DNA of 64,000 nucleotides, from positions 576,001-640,000 of the forward strand of contig OZ218778.1 of the NCBI GenBank assembly GCA_965112635.1, given 5' to 3'. The notes below the pieces were generated by a model. That model was not told the origin of the DNA. It saw only the letters and a list, made by a program, of their open reading frames with translations, and made no database searches. Positions within the stretch are counted from its first letter, which is position 1. Each line of letters starts with the position of its first letter. Below are positions 46,753 to 55,988 of this stretch, piece by piece. A program made the translations under genes and the position numbers. The DNA comes from an uncultured bacterium. GTDB lineage: Bacteria > Oederibacteriota > Oederibacteriia > Oederibacteriales > Oederibacteriaceae.

Positions 46753-48735
46753 ATGTTCGGCCGGAAAAACAAAAAGATCGTTATCTCTAGTAATAAACAG
46801 TCACTTCCTGCCCTGAGGAAATGCATCAAAGAAATTCTTCTAAGATCAGGATTTTCCAACTCCGAGGTAGACGACGTGATCCTCGCCGCTGATGAGGCCT
46901 GCACGAATATCATCGACCACGCCTATCAAAACATTCCAGACCAAAAGATTATTTTTCACATCGCGGTAACACCGCAGGGGGTCACTCTGTCTTTTCAGGA
47001 CCAGGGCCACAGGCTCCCTTTGGAAGTGGCGGAAAAATTCAATATACCCAGACACATATGTCCCCCAGCCAAGAGCCCCAGGCCTCGCGCCACAGGGGGT
47101 TGGGGGATTTTTCTGATGAATAACTTGATGGACCATTTGCGCTATCGTTATCACAACGGGTGGAACCATCTGCAGATGTTCAAATACCGGCTTTCCGCAA
47201 AAACCCGCGACGGCCTAGCCGGAACGCCAGTCCCAAAAATGAGGCTCTCCGGCTTGTTCTTCCAGCTCAACAGCCTGTCCTCGCTGGTGGTGCTGGTCAC
47301 CGTGATGACCATCAGCTTCTTCGTCCTTACCATGGTCAAGCAGACTTTAAAAAAGCAGGCGGAACTAAGGGGCGTGGGCTTGATCAGGAACATGACCGGA
47401 GAATGCATCTCCCCTTTGCTTACGGACGATAATCCCGCCTTGGCCGCCCTTGTGAAAAGATCAGAATCCAATCCTGACCTCCTTTATAGTGCCGTGGTGG
47501 ATGACCAGAATGCTATCCGGGCGCAAAGCGAGGGCAATATCCTGGACGCCTCATTTGCTTTTGAAAAGTATATCGACCCCTCTTTCAAAATAGACAATAT
47601 CGAGGGACGCTACTACAGCTGGAAAGGCGAGAACATCCTGGATCTGGCCGGTCCGGTGGTCATCACGAGGGGTACAAAAAAAATGAACCTCGGCAGGCTT
47701 CATCTCGGGATAGACCAAAAAGGGATCTCCCGGGTCATCACCCTGGCCTTGGGCAATATGATGGCCGTGACCCTTTTCGTCCTCGTCTTTTCATTAGCGG
47801 TCACCAGCATCCTGGCTTTTCTATTGGTCAAGCCGATCCAGACATTGGCGGCCGGGGTTCAGAAGATCGGGCAGGGACAGTTCGACCAGCGCATCGAGCT
47901 GAAAAGCAAGAACGAAATAGGTGAATTGGCCATGGCCTTCAACACTATGGCGGGCGATCTGAAATACGCCCAGGAGCTCCAGCAAAAACAGGTGAAGTTG
48001 GATCAGGAATTGGCCTTGGCCGCGCAGATTCAGAAACTGCTCCTTCCCGGCCGGCTTCCCGCGGTCCTTGGAGCGGAAGTGGGCATGGTCTACCGGTCGG
48101 CAGGCCAGATTGGCGGAGACTACCTGGACCTGATGATATTGGAAAAAAACCGTCTCGGTGTCTGCGTGGCCGATGTGGCCGGTAAGGGCATCCCGGCCGC
48201 TTTGCAGATGGTGAACGTCCGCAGCGCCTTAAGGTCCCTGGCTAAGAGCCAAGACTCTCCCAAAGAGGTCCTATGCCGTCTTAACGCCTCGCTGATAGAG
48301 GACACCACGCCCAACCGTTTCGTCACCATGATCTATGGGATCTTGGATATGGATCAAGGTGCTTTGGTTTTTGCCTCTTCCGGCCATTGCCCTCTACTTC
48401 TCTATGCAGGCCCGGGAAAAGAAGTGTTACAATATAGATCTACTGGCCTTCCCTTGGGGATCGAACGGGGCCAGGTCTTTGAATCAAACTTAAAGGAACA
48501 AAAGATACAACTGGAAAAAGGTCAGTCGGTCGTCCTTTATTCTGATGGGATCACGGAAGCGATGAATGGCTACCGCCAGCAGTATGGCGATTCCAGGCTT
48601 TGCCGTGCTTTGCAAAACCAGGCTGCTCGATCCGCGCAGCAGATCGCCGATGGGATCAGCGAGGATGTGACGGAATTCGTCAGCGGTTTTGCTCAGAGTG
48701 ATGATTTCAGCCTGATCGTAGTGAAGAAAATCTAA
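46753..48735 (+). CDS. RsbW-like Ser kinase - TM sensor - HAMP - SpoIIE/PP2C phosphatase fusion
   Basis: LAADEACTNIIDHAY, FQDQG, GGWGIFLM; two TMs; NEIGELAMAFN; GGDYLD, ADVAGKG, YSDGITEA, DDFS. Confidence 0.88.
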   Translation: MFGRKNKKIVISSNKQSLPALRKCIKEILLRSGFSNSEVDDVILAADEACTNIIDHAYQNIPDQKIIFHIAVTPQGVTLSFQDQGHRLPLEVAEKFNIPRHICPPAKSPRPRATGGWGIFLMNNLMDHLRYRYHNGWNHLQMFKYRLSAKTRDGLAGTPVPKMRLSGLFFQLNSLSSLVVLVTVMTISFFVLTMVKQTLKKQAELRGVGLIRNMTGECISPLLTDDNPALAALVKRSESNPDLLYSAVVDDQNAIRAQSEGNILDASFAFEKYIDPSFKIDNIEGRYYSWKGENILDLAGPVVITRGTKKMNLGRLHLGIDQKGISRVITLALGNMMAVTLFVLVFSLAVTSILAFLLVKPIQTLAAGVQKIGQGQFDQRIELKSKNEIGELAMAFNTMAGDLKYAQELQQKQVKLDQELALAAQIQKLLLPGRLPAVLGAEVGMVYRSAGQIGGDYLDLMILEKNRLGVCVADVAGKGIPAALQMVNVRSALRSLAKSQDSPKEVLCRLNASLIEDTTPNRFVTMIYGILDMDQGALVFASSGHCPLLLYAGPGKEVLQYRSTGLPLGIERGQVFESNLKEQKIQLEKGQSVVLYSDGITEAMNGYRQQYGDSRLCRALQNQAARSAQQIADGISEDVTEFVSGFAQSDDFSLIVVKKI

Positions 48736-48770
48736 GGCCCGAAACACCCCATTATAAGGAGGGCGGGGGA

Positions 48771-49130
48771 ATGGCAAATTCTGATAATTTAATAGTAAAA
48801 ATAGATAAGTCCCGGGTCAAAAATGGTTTCAAAGTGACCCTTGAAGGCTGCCTGGACGCTGACACGGCCACGGTTCTTTCGGAAAAACTTTACCCCCTCA
48901 TCAAACCTGGGATCAGAATGATCCTGGACATGAAAGAAATCGATTTCGTCAACAGTCCTGGTTGGGGCACCTTGGTCATCCTGGCCAAGGAAGTGAACAG
49001 CAACGAGGGCAGGATAGCGATTTATAACACGACTCCCAGTGTGGAAAAGATCTACACCATGCTTTGTTTGAGTCCGATCCTTCCCCATTTTTCCAATGAG
49101 GAATCCGCGGTCAAATACGCGGAAAAGTGA
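48771..49130 (+). CDS. STAS domain anti-sigma factor antagonist
   Basis: LEGCLDA, ILDMKEIDFVNSPGWG (phosphoacceptor Ser). Confidence 0.88.
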   Translation: MANSDNLIVKIDKSRVKNGFKVTLEGCLDADTATVLSEKLYPLIKPGIRMILDMKEIDFVNSPGWGTLVILAKEVNSNEGRIAIYNTTPSVEKIYTMLCLSPILPHFSNEESAVKYAEK

Positions 49131-49209
49131 AGTTTACCGACAGGGTCTGCTGTCCAGCAAACATTTTTCCAGTACAAACCGGTTTTAAGGAAGTTCAAGA
49201 AAGGTTGCG

Positions 49210-50298
49210 ATGGTCACTCCAGAATCTATTTTGAACGCTAAGATCCTCATCGTGGATGACGTGGCTTCCAATGTCCGCCTGCTGGAGGTCATGCTCAAAG
49301 CCGCGGGATATAAAAATTTTAAAAGCCTCACGGACCCCCGGGAAATAGCGTCCCTTTTTGACACCTTCAACCCCGACATCATCCTCCTGGACCTGCAAAT
49401 GCCCTACATGGACGGGTTTCAGGTCATGGAACAGCTGAAAAAGATCAATCCGGCTGACTCCTACCTGCCCATTCTGGTTTTGACAGCCCAAACCGACCAG
49501 GAAACCCGCTTAAAGGCCTTGAATTCTGGGGCCAAGGATTTTCTGGGCAAACCTTTGGAAAACCTGGAAGTGCTTTCCCGTATCCGGAATATGCTGGAGG
49601 TTCGCCTCCTGCACAATGAGATACGCGACCAGAACCAGGTCCTGGAAGAAAAAGTCAGAGAACGCACCAAGGAGCTTCTGGCCTCCCAGCAGGAGATCAT
49701 CAGCCGCTTGGCCCATGCGGTGGAGCGCCGAGATTTCGAGACCGGCCAGCATATCACGCGGATCAGCAATTTTTGTTTTTCCCTGGCCAAATCTGTGGGT
49801 TTTTCCGATGAAGAATGCGCCCTGATCCGTCAGGCCAGTCCCTTGCATGATATTGGCAAGATCGGTATTCCGGACCGGATCCTTTTAAAACCCGACAAGC
49901 TGACCTTTAATGAGTTCGAGGTCATCAAAACCCATACGACCATTGGTGCCGATCTTTTGGCCGGCGGCCGCTATCCGGTCATGCAGATGGCTCAGACCAT
50001 CGCCCTGACCCATCACGAGAAATGGGACGGGTCGGGCTACCCCCAGCATCTCAAGGGAGAGGAGATCCCTTTGACAGGACGCATCATCAGCATTTGCGAT
50101 GTGTTTGATGCCCTGACCACGGAACGGATCTATAAAAAAGCCTGGCCTATCCAGGTCGCCTTGACCGAGATCAAAGCCCAAAAAAACAGGCACTTTGACC
50201 CCAACTTGGTGGACATTTTTGAAAAGATTTTCCCTGAGATCATGGAAAAATATAGGGAATTCTCCGACCTTCCAAAAGCCCCGCAACCGGTCAACTAA
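49210..50298 (+). CDS. Response regulator with HD-GYP c-di-GMP phosphodiesterase (RpfG-like)
   Basis: ILIVDD, LLDLQMP..DG, KP; LHDIGKIG, HHEKWDGSGYP, DVFDAL. Confidence 0.93.
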   Translation: MVTPESILNAKILIVDDVASNVRLLEVMLKAAGYKNFKSLTDPREIASLFDTFNPDIILLDLQMPYMDGFQVMEQLKKINPADSYLPILVLTAQTDQETRLKALNSGAKDFLGKPLENLEVLSRIRNMLEVRLLHNEIRDQNQVLEEKVRERTKELLASQQEIISRLAHAVERRDFETGQHITRISNFCFSLAKSVGFSDEECALIRQASPLHDIGKIGIPDRILLKPDKLTFNEFEVIKTHTTIGADLLAGGRYPVMQMAQTIALTHHEKWDGSGYPQHLKGEEIPLTGRIISICDVFDALTTERIYKKAWPIQVALTEIKAQKNRHFDPNLVDIFEKIFPEIMEKYREFSDLPKAPQPVN

Positions 50299-50384
50299 CA
50301 GTCTGGCAAAGATCGTTCAGTGAACCGGGAATACCTTAGGTACAGCGCTTGCGGACACCCTTAGCGTGTTTGTAGAGGAGTGGG

Positions 50385-52184
50385 TTATGGTTCGTCGGGA
50401 AGATTTCTTTTTATGATAACTTTACTGGGGTCCATAGGCAGGGTAAAAGTAAAAGTGGTCCCTTTGTTCAACCCTTCGCTCTTGAACCAGATCCGGCCCT
50501 TGTGGTTTTCAACCAAACGCTTGGCCAGGACCAGCCCCAGCCCGGTCCCCTGGTAGTGACGGGAATATTCCGAGTCGATCTGCGAGAATTCCTGGAAAAT
50601 TCTGGAAAAATCCTTGCGGTCGATCCCTATGCCGGTATCAATGACAGAAACTGTAATTTCATTTTCATTGAGGCGGGCGGCCTCCAGCCTGATCGACCCT
50701 TCTTCAGGAGTGAACTTGATGGCGTTGGAAAGCAGGTTAAAGAGCACTTGCTTGATCTGTTTTTGGTCCAATTTGATTTCACCCAAGTCATCCTTGAGGT
50801 CAAAGGAGAGGTTGATCCTTTTGTTCGCGGCATTCTGCTGGATCATGGAAAGACAATTTTCCAGGAAAAGCTTGAAATCGACCTCCTCCAAGAACAGCTC
50901 CATCTTTCCGGCTTCCACTTTGGAAATATCCAGCAAGTCATTAATGAGTGAAAGCAGATGTTTCCCATTCTCCAGCACCAGACCCATGAACTCCTTCTGG
51001 CTTTCATTGAGTTTACCGCTGCTTTCCCCCAGAAGAACGTCAGAAAACCCTATGATGGAGTTCAAGGGCGTGCGCAACTCATGAGAGATAGTGGATAGAA
51101 AAATGGTCTTCGCCCGATTGGCCTGCTCCGCGGCCTCTTTGGACCTGAGGATCTCCTGCTCCGCCTGTTTTTGGCGGGTGATATCATAGGAAATGCCGCA
51201 TAAAGCGTTGACCGCTCCGCCCGCACCGAACAGAGGGAATCGCAGGGTCGAGGAGATGCGGATTGCATCTTCATGAGGGGTAGACTCCTCGCTCAATAAC
51301 GGTTCGCCGGACTCCCATACTTTCCTGTCTTCTGCCGTGAATTGATCGGCCAACTCCCTGGGAAAAAGATTATAAGCGGTCTTTCCGATGATGTTCATTT
51401 TTGGCTGGTCAAAATAGATTTCAAAGATCCTGTTCACCAGCAGATACCTGCCCTCCTTGTCCTTCATAAAGATCCTCGCCTGGATATTGTCCAGGATATA
51501 TTGCAGCCGGGATTCGCTCTGGCCCAGCAATTCCTGGGATCGCCGTCTTCGCCTGACATCAAAATTGACCGTCAAATAAACAAAGGCCAGGAAAGCGAAG
51601 TTTAAAACCAACGAAACTACCACGACCAAAAGAACGGTTCTTTTTTCCGAGGCGGTCTTGGTCTCGAGCAAGGCAAGTCGGTGTCGCTGATCGTCCATGA
51701 GGCTGTTGAATAGACGGGTGATTTCATTGTAGGCGGTCTCTTCCCTTTTACCCCGCATCAGGGAGACTGCGCGGGATTGCCCTCTCTTGCTTCTGACCTT
51801 GATCACTTCTCTGAAATAATTCTCTATCGACTTGATCCTGGCTTTGACCTTATCCAGGTCAGCCACGAATGGTCCTTCGGAGGGCGATTCTGCCATCAGA
51901 AGCGCGTTTATTTTTCCTTCTGACTGGCTGAAAGAATTATTAAAAAGGTCCAGAAAATGCTTGTCCCCCGTAAAGATATAGTTCCTGAACCCTTTTTCAC
52001 CGTCCCTGACCAGCATCAAAGTATCCTGGAGGCTAGAGATGGTTTCATAGGATTTCCCCATCGACTGCATATCCTGGAAGTACCGGGATACCCCTATAAA
52101 CCATACGAAGCCTGGGATTAAGATCAATAACAAGAAAAAAATAACGGAATAAAAGATTTTTTTATCATAGAAAATGTTTTTCAC
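50385..52184 (-). CDS. Sensor histidine kinase (CHASE3-like, PAS, HisKA, HATPase)
   Basis: GEKGFRNYIFTGD..FL; KDKEGRY PAS; SHELRTPLN; NLLSNAIKFT, DTGIG, GTGLGL. Confidence 0.93.
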   Translation of the reverse strand: MKNIFYDKKIFYSVIFFLLLILIPGFVWFIGVSRYFQDMQSMGKSYETISSLQDTLMLVRDGEKGFRNYIFTGDKHFLDLFNNSFSQSEGKINALLMAESPSEGPFVADLDKVKARIKSIENYFREVIKVRSKRGQSRAVSLMRGKREETAYNEITRLFNSLMDDQRHRLALLETKTASEKRTVLLVVVVSLVLNFAFLAFVYLTVNFDVRRRRRSQELLGQSESRLQYILDNIQARIFMKDKEGRYLLVNRIFEIYFDQPKMNIIGKTAYNLFPRELADQFTAEDRKVWESGEPLLSEESTPHEDAIRISSTLRFPLFGAGGAVNALCGISYDITRQKQAEQEILRSKEAAEQANRAKTIFLSTISHELRTPLNSIIGFSDVLLGESSGKLNESQKEFMGLVLENGKHLLSLINDLLDISKVEAGKMELFLEEVDFKLFLENCLSMIQQNAANKRINLSFDLKDDLGEIKLDQKQIKQVLFNLLSNAIKFTPEEGSIRLEAARLNENEITVSVIDTGIGIDRKDFSRIFQEFSQIDSEYSRHYQGTGLGLVLAKRLVENHKGRIWFKSEGLNKGTTFTFTLPMDPSKVIIKRNLPDEP

Positions 52185-52213
52185 TAAGACTGTCTCCTCA
52201 AAAGGGAACTAAA

Positions 52214-53977
52214 CTACATCTTCTCCGGGATTTCAATTCCCAGCATGGCCAGGAGCAGCTCGAACTCCTTGAGGCAAAGCTGGACCAGGGCCAGCCAGCT
52301 CGCTTGGAGTTTTGGGTCTGTCTCATGCAGAATATGGCAGTTCTGGTAAAAACGGCTGAACTCCTGGGCTAAGCTGTAGGCGAATTCACATAGATGGTGG
52401 GGTTCACACCGCTCGTAGGTTTCCCTGACCGCGTCAGGGAATTTGGCAGCCAAAAGCATGAGGGCCCGCTCCCGTTCCGTGGGTACCGGCGGCGCTCCGG
52501 GCTTGATCCCTTTTTCCGCCGCTTTTCGCAGGATGGACTTGATCCGCACGGCCGCGTAAAGGTGGTAAGGTCCGGTCTTACCCTCAAAACTGGTAAATTT
52601 TTCCAGGTCGAACACATAATCCGACAAACGGTGGTTGATCAGATCCGCGAATTTCAAAGCTGCCAGGCCGACCTTGACCGCGATCATGTTCTTTTCGTCC
52701 GGTGAATAACCTTCCGCGACCCCGGCCTGTTCCATCTTTTTTTGGGCCTCCTCGGTCGCCATCTGGATAAGGTCTTTGAGCTTCATGACCCCTCCGGACC
52801 TGGTCTTGAACGGTTTGCCGTCCTTGCCGTTGACCGTACCAAAAGCGATATGTTCCAGACGGCACTTTCCCGCGATACCGGTCTTTTGAGCGGCGCTAAA
52901 GACCTGTTCAAAATGAAGGCTCTGCCGTTTATCCACGACATAGAGGATGGCTTCGGCCTTTTGTTCCTGCACCCTCAGCTCCACAGTGGCCAAGTCGGTG
53001 GTCCCGTATAAGTACCCGCCGTCGGACTTAATGAGAATGAGCGGCGGGTTTTCCTCCCTGCCGGGAACTGGGTCCAGGGGCACGACAACGGCCCCCTGGC
53101 TCTGGATGGCTGCGCCTTTGACCTGGAGCCTCTTGAGCATTCCGGGAATATGGTCCTGGTAATAACTCTCTCCCAGCCAAATGTCGAACTCGATCCCCAG
53201 GTCCTTAAAATCCTTTTTCAAGCCTTTCACCGAAACATCGACAAAATGCTGCCAAAGAGCCCGGTAACCCGGCCGGCCCTGCTGCAACTCCATGGTGGCC
53301 AGCCTAGCTTTCTCCATCTCCTGTTCGTTTGCTTCGCACCGGGCCGAAGCCGCCGGGTACATCTCTTCTAGATCTGCTATCGTGACGGGTGAGGTAGCGG
53401 GATAAGGTCCTTTTATGCCCGCATCAAAATAAGGCAGGGCGGGTTGACGGCGCTGGAGTTCACAGATCAGCATTCCCATCTGCGTGCCCCAGTCTCCCAG
53501 ATGGATATCGCTCTTGACCTCATTCCCCATGAAGCGGTGGATCTTTTGCAGGCAATCGCCGATGATGCTGGACCTCAGATGGCCCACATGCATGGCTTTG
53601 GCTACGTTGGGCCCTCCAAAATCCAGGACCACCCGGCTCGGCCGACCGACTTTTTCGCATCCCGTCCGCTCATCGTCCAGCATCACCTTGCACCGTTGGG
53701 CCAAAAAAGCGTCGCTGAGGGAAATGTTGATAAATCCTGGCGGAACTGCTTCCAGCTTGCTGAAGATCTCTTTGGGTTGGACAGCTTGGATCACCTGGGT
53801 GGCGGCGTTCAGGGGACTGACCTTGTGCTTTTTAGCCGCGGCCATGGCGCCGTTGCATTGGAACTGGCATAAGTCCGGCCTCTGGGAGACCCCCACGGCC
53901 CCTAGACCGGGCTCATAACCGCTGGACTCAAAAGCCTTTTCCATGATCTGAGTGAGATGCCTGATGAGAGTAGCCAA
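52214..53977 (-). CDS. argS: Arginine--tRNA ligase
   Basis: PNVAKAMHVGHLRS, GDWGTQ, KSDGGYLY, FKTRSG, TGPYHLYA. Confidence 0.96.
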   Translation of the reverse strand: MATLIRHLTQIMEKAFESSGYEPGLGAVGVSQRPDLCQFQCNGAMAAAKKHKVSPLNAATQVIQAVQPKEIFSKLEAVPPGFINISLSDAFLAQRCKVMLDDERTGCEKVGRPSRVVLDFGGPNVAKAMHVGHLRSSIIGDCLQKIHRFMGNEVKSDIHLGDWGTQMGMLICELQRRQPALPYFDAGIKGPYPATSPVTIADLEEMYPAASARCEANEQEMEKARLATMELQQGRPGYRALWQHFVDVSVKGLKKDFKDLGIEFDIWLGESYYQDHIPGMLKRLQVKGAAIQSQGAVVVPLDPVPGREENPPLILIKSDGGYLYGTTDLATVELRVQEQKAEAILYVVDKRQSLHFEQVFSAAQKTGIAGKCRLEHIAFGTVNGKDGKPFKTRSGGVMKLKDLIQMATEEAQKKMEQAGVAEGYSPDEKNMIAVKVGLAALKFADLINHRLSDYVFDLEKFTSFEGKTGPYHLYAAVRIKSILRKAAEKGIKPGAPPVPTERERALMLLAAKFPDAVRETYERCEPHHLCEFAYSLAQEFSRFYQNCHILHETDPKLQASWLALVQLCLKEFELLLAMLGIEIPEKM

Positions 53978-54044
53978 CTTCTCTCCTAAGGTGTTGCTTG
54001 GATTGATTTACCATCATACCCCAGACCCCTGGGGCGAGCAAATG

Positions 54045-54087
54045 AAACAAAAAAGCCCCCTGCCTGTCCAAGGTACAAGCAGGGGGC
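54045..54087 (-). terminator. Intrinsic terminator after fba
   Basis: GCCCCCTGC/GCAGGGGGC stem (54055-54087) followed by a U-tract on the minus strand. Confidence 0.75.
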
Positions 54088-54114
54088 CTGAGGTCTCTCT
54101 CTGGCTTTTGAAAA

Positions 54115-55107
54115 CTAACCTTTTCCGGCGCTTCCCAGCACGTTCTCGTTCTTATCCATGATCATCTTGACCAATTCATCCCTGGCGGGCCCGAGATATT
54201 TGCGGGGATCAAATTCCGCGGGTGTTTCTTTGAACACCTTGCGGATGATGGCCGTCATGACCAGTCTGCCGTCAGAGTCGATGTTGATCTTGCAGACCGC
54301 CGACTTGGCTGCCCTTCTGAGCTGTTCCGCGGGGACCCCCACGGCAGCCTTGAGGGCTCCGCCGGTCTCGTTGATGATCTTGACGTAATCCGGCAGGACC
54401 GAACTGGCGCCATGCAAAACGATGGGAAATCCGGGGATCCTTTTTTCTATTTCCTCCAGGATGTCGAAACGCAACGGCGGAGGGACCAGGATGCCGTCTT
54501 TGAGGGTACACTGCTCCGGTTTGAATTTAAAAGCTCCGTGGGAAGTCCCGATGGAGATGGCCAAAGAGTCCACTCCGGTCTTCTTCACGAAATCTTCCAC
54601 CTGCTCCGGCTGGGTGTAGATGGACTTGGCGGCCTGCACGTCGTCCTCGATGCCGGACAGGACCCCCAGTTCCCCTTCCACCGTGACATCGTACTTGTGG
54701 GCGTATTCCATGACCTTGCGGGTCAGCTCAATATTCTTGTCATAAGGATGATGCGACCCGTCGATCATCACTGAAGAAAACCCGCTCTCGATACAGGACA
54801 CGCACAGCTCATAAGTATCTCCGTGGTCCAGGTGCAGCGCCACCGGGTTGGTATAACCCAGCTCAGCGGCCATTTTCATCGCCCCTTCGCCCATATAGCG
54901 CAAAAGGGTGGAGTTGGCGTATTTCCTGGCCCCGCTGGAGATCTGCAGGATCACGGGAGACTTGGATTTGCCGCAGCCGTTGATGATGGACTGCAGCTGC
55001 TCCATGTTGTTGAAATTGTAAGCCGGAACGGCGTACTTGCCTTCCATAGCCTTTTTGAACATTTCCCTGGTGTTCGCGAAACCCAGTTGTTTATAACTGA
55101 CGGCCAT
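54115..55107 (-). CDS. fba: Class II fructose-1,6-bisphosphate aldolase
   Basis: AYNFNNME, LHLDHG, SVMIDGS, VEGELG, IGTSHG, VLHGAS, KINIDSD. Confidence 0.96.
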   Translation of the reverse strand: MAVSYKQLGFANTREMFKKAMEGKYAVPAYNFNNMEQLQSIINGCGKSKSPVILQISSGARKYANSTLLRYMGEGAMKMAAELGYTNPVALHLDHGDTYELCVSCIESGFSSVMIDGSHHPYDKNIELTRKVMEYAHKYDVTVEGELGVLSGIEDDVQAAKSIYTQPEQVEDFVKKTGVDSLAISIGTSHGAFKFKPEQCTLKDGILVPPPLRFDILEEIEKRIPGFPIVLHGASSVLPDYVKIINETGGALKAAVGVPAEQLRRAAKSAVCKINIDSDGRLVMTAIIRKVFKETPAEFDPRKYLGPARDELVKMIMDKNENVLGSAGKG

Positions 55108-55217
55108 AAGGTTCCCCCTTCTGCGCAACAAATTTAGAATGATTTCTGAAAAAGGTGTTCAACATTATACCTAACAGCCTAAAAAAATCTCTAACATTTT
55201 TTCTCCTGGCCTGGATC

Positions 55218-55931
55218 TCACGCTTTTCCCTGCAGATAAGCCTGCCTCCGCGATTCGGGGAACTTCTCGATGGCATACCGGAGCATGGTGCGCGGCATGG
55301 ATTTGTAATGGACCTTGAGAAATTTTTCCTCCGCTTTGAGGTCCCTGTTCCCGACTTCCCGCAGCATCCAGCCTACCGCCTTTTGAATAAGGTCCTCTTC
55401 ATCACGGACCAGTATTCTGGCCAGCGCCAAGGCGTCCCCGTATTGCTCTCGCTTGATAAAATGGGCCGTGGTGATGATGGCCACGCGGCGCTCCCAAAGG
55501 TTTTTTGAGCGGGCGAGTTTAAATAAAATGTCCTTGGGTCCATTCAATAGATAAGGCCCCAATATCTCATGACACGAAAGATCGATGAGATCCCAGTTGT
55601 TGATATGCCCCTTTTTAAGATATTTAAGATAAATAGGGACGATCTGGCTTTGAACGGAGGGCCCTCCGTCCTCGAACGCGGATACCAATAAAAGCAGGCC
55701 CAACAGTCTTTCCTCGTGGATAGGCGAAGAGATCAATCGCGCGACATCTTTCAGGGCCAAGCCTTTGGCATTTCTGGCGACTTCCCTGATTTGGGGCACC
55801 ACGACCCCGATGAAACGGTCCCCTTCGCCGTACTCCCCCGGACCGGTCTTAAAATACCTCTGCAGCAAGGCGGCCTTGGGGGGATCAGCTTGTTTTCTGA
55901 GCGATTGCCTGGTTTTTTCGAGCGTCATCAT
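55218..55931 (-). CDS. AlkD-family DNA alkylation repair protein
   Basis: YFKTGPGEYGEGD.FIG, HEER, NNWDLID, LWERR, KAVGWMLRE, RYAIE. Confidence 0.88.
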   Translation of the reverse strand: MMTLEKTRQSLRKQADPPKAALLQRYFKTGPGEYGEGDRFIGVVVPQIREVARNAKGLALKDVARLISSPIHEERLLGLLLLVSAFEDGGPSVQSQIVPIYLKYLKKGHINNWDLIDLSCHEILGPYLLNGPKDILFKLARSKNLWERRVAIITTAHFIKREQYGDALALARILVRDEEDLIQKAVGWMLREVGNRDLKAEEKFLKVHYKSMPRTMLRYAIEKFPESRRQAYLQGKA

Positions 55932-55988
55932 GCGGCTATCCTACTCTGTCCGGTAAAAACCGTAAAGGGGATGTTCGTCAGGGAAGAT

